64,000 bases of DNA. Origin: Basidiobolus meristosporus CBS 931.73 (taxonomy: Eukaryota; Fungi; Basidiobolomycota). The stretch is taken from the NCBI GenBank assembly GCA_002104905.1, contig MCFE01000366.1, positions 1-64,000 of the forward strand, given 5' to 3'. Below, piece after piece: positions 61,301 to 64,000 of this stretch; the stretch's first letter is position 1; every line of letters begins with the position of its first letter. A program made the position numbers and the translations under genes. The notes under the pieces were generated by a model. It saw only the letters and a program-made list of their open reading frames with translations, did no database searches and was not told the DNA's origin.

Positions 61301-64000
61301 CGAAGAAAGCGGGGCATATCCTAGCGCCCGGTAGTAGCTTTTGATGCTGCTGTAATAGTGACTGTTCTCTTCGGTGAACACCTCTTCGTTGATCGATCCT
61401 TTATCATCGATCAGGAAAAATGTTGCGTTCTGGAGAAAGATCTTGATGAGGATCTCCGGGGACTTCGAGACGATGTTGGTGGAGAGCTTCAAGCTCTCCG
61501 CAGCGATGACAGCCTGTGCCGGATGGCCACCAGGTATGAAATCGATCACGGAGTTCTCGATGATCAAGAAGAGTCGAGTGGTGGATTGAGTGGAGTCGTC
61601 GGAGGGATTCTCGTTCGAGGCGGTTCCAAACGCAACCATATCTTCCATGAACGTCGACTTCAACTGCAGGTTCCACATCAGATCGTTAGTCGATACAGTC
61701 GCCAGATTGTCACGATTGCCGGTTTTCAGGTTTGTGGTGATGATAAAGGTCGAAAGAAGCATAGACTTGCCGTGTCTTGTCTTCAACATGTCAGTGTTGA
61801 CCTTTGATATGATGGGTATCTTGCTAATGGGGGCCGTGACATCAGAGAGAGAAATCTCTTCTATGTCAAGATTGAAGTACGACACGCTCTTCCCCTCGAA
61901 TCTTACCGCACCAAAGAATCCCAATTCACTAAGCTGTAGCTCATAGAATTTGGGCGGACTGATCAGAGTGGAGGAAGGCTGCGTGGTAGTGGAGCATATA
62001 ATGATGACGTCCATGTTGTGGATGACGGATACAAAGGAGGCCAAGCTTTGATAAGTTGGCTCGTTGTCTAGTTGTCCGCTTACATCCGGCGTGTTGGTCT
62101 GCTCACCAAGGTTTTCGCAGCCATGTCTGCCATCAGCGTTCCCAAATACATCAACCTGATCCAACATTGGTGAAGGGTCGGTAGTAGCCTCTGTCTTCAA
62201 TGCCGTATCCCCTGGGTTTGAGTACAGCTGCCACCGGGAGAACGAGTCCAGCAGTGTCTGGATGAGATCGTAACGATGCTTGGTTAATATCACGTATACG
62301 TTGGGAAGACTGCAGTTGATTGCATAAATAGAATTTTCCAGTGTGCGTTGCTTGAACATAACAATCTCTTCCTCTTCGTCCTCATCGGTCAACTTGACCC
62401 GCTCTTCACCTTCGAAGGAAGAGAACGTTTTAGGGAAATAAGACTTGGTCTGAGGTGCCTTGTTTCTGGCGGCGGGGGATTTCGGGTTCTGCACGCGAGT
62501 TGTCACCTCGATGTTCGGTAGGATTCGATGCAATGAGTCCTTCAGCACCATGGGTGATATGACCAAGAAGCACATAGCAGAGGGATCGGTGGCCTCTTTC
62601 AGGAACACGTTCATCCTTACCCACTCAAACCGAATACAGCTTTGGCCCGCCTCAAACGGCAAGCTTTCCTTTCGGTAAGGATAAAACCGTTGTAGAAACT
62701 CGGACTGCAGCATTTGGCTGATGCTGGAATTCGTGTTGAAGTTTGTCACGGTTGGATCAATGAGATCCAAGATTAGCATGTCTTCGTGTATTCGACACTC
62801 GCTAAAAATTCGTAAAGTGTGTAAATACGGTGTCGGGTACCCTTCGGAGGCATGCGTATGTATACCTTTGTCTTCGCTGCGCTTCCTCCAAGGACAAGGT
62901 ACCCCGAAGATCCGGAACTGTTAGCCATATTCTCAGAAAATCAGTTCTAATCCGGAACCGGGTCGACAACGGGCGAATAGTATGCTGACAGCACAAATAA
63001 GCAATCTCTCCCATGTGTAAAGCTTTAGAAAGATACGTACATCTTTGAACGCCCGTTCATCCAGATCCTTGATGATGCCTTGCTCATCATACTCTCCAGT
63101 TGCCCTAGGCAGCAACATAAAGTGTCAGATACGAGAAAACAAGGTCCATAAGCACCAGCACAACGCTGGCTTAACTTACCACCCGAAGCCACTCTCCTCA
63201 GTGGCCTTATCAGCAGCAGCCTGCTCATTTGCAGGAAAATACCCATGGTAGCGGTTGATTATTTGGGGGTTCAAAAACACGTGGAACGACTGAGACTCCA
63301 CCACTATATCCGACTGTGTCTGGATGTCATACGGGGAATCTAGAAATATCAATTACTCGCTAGTTAGCATCGCATGACGGAAAGCGCGTCGCCAACCTCC
63401 CCTACCAGCAGAATTAGCCACAGTTAACCGCAGACGAAAGGCATCCTTCATCTTCTTCCCCTCCATGAATGTCTGCTTGGTGGGTTGACTGGGCTTGCTG
63501 TTCACATAGAAGCTAGGGAAGCCACGGGGTGGGTTCATCGAAACCTCAACACTGCTATCGTACGAGCGATTAAGATCAGGATCGAAGCGGAGAATTGGCA
63601 GGTATACACCTCGATCAGCTGTATGGTACAAATCATGTACCGGGTTGTCTGCAGTCGGCTTGATCCACTCTGAGATGTCGATCTTGCTTGTGTACATTTC
63701 CAGCAGCATTTGCAAGTTACTTTTATCCTTGGAGTTCATTTCGTATTCTCCTCTCGTCGGGAAATTCCCTACCTCGGCCTGCCACTTCTTAATCCGAGCG
63801 ATTACATCCTCCAAGTGAACAAGTATATGATCCACCTCCAGCTCTCCAGGGTTATCTACACTCAGAGTCTCCGAGTCCGGCTCTGGTGGAGGCTCCACAT
63901 CAGAACCCAAAAAGTACGAGCGCCATGATGATATATGAACCTTCAGTCGTCCCATATAACTATCGTTCTCCTGGTCATGCCTATTATCGGACTCTTGTCC
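58369..64000 (-). CDS. ATG2: Autophagy-related protein 2, 3' portion (multi-exon; 5' end lies outside the window)
   Basis: CAD-type motif LETCSDSFQTL, IRDFNFVWKLYSGNDW, LKFDYKPKHLDY..ELVNLF and C-terminal AVLKPMIGATEAISKVLLGARNSIDPNKRLQMED. The last micro-exon is AAATACAAGTAG (58380-58369) after intron 58450-58381; GT-AG introns with GCTAAC branch points. Confidence 0.95.

Noticed and set aside
5466-62678. Numerous 60-150 aa ORFs in the track, such as those antisense to pol and ATG2
   Set aside because: They are shadows of longer coding frames or chance ORFs in decayed repeats, often with TTG/GTG starts that are not meaningful in this eukaryotic context.

Overview
This is eukaryotic, almost certainly fungal, genomic DNA; an early-diverging lineage such as Mucoromycota or Zoopagomycota is my inference from the retroelement families and intron signals. 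It has two sharply different compartments. (1) Bases ~1-55,400 are a nested transposon graveyard, visibly depleted of CpG. It holds seven long decayed CACTA/En-Spm-like transposase copies plus a small fragment, four Ty3/Gypsy elements or large remnants (one chromodomain-bearing, one with a tRNA-Lys-type PBS), a two-LTR Ty1/Copia element with a tandem partial copy, and a second Copia remnant. It also holds nine solo LTRs with exact or one-mismatch target-site duplications and a ~730-bp foldback MITE family with AGACTT termini. (2) Bases ~55,400-64,000 are CpG-rich and gene-dense. They carry a spliced gene for a protein with two tandem trihelix (Myb/SANT-like) domains plus a PB1/ubiquitin-like C-terminal domain, and the 3' part of a multi-intron ATG2 gene that starts beyond the window. 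I saw no rRNA, tRNA or CRISPR features. Coordinates at TSD-defined junctions are read base by base; boundaries of decayed remnants are approximate. All family assignments come from motif recognition, not database searches.
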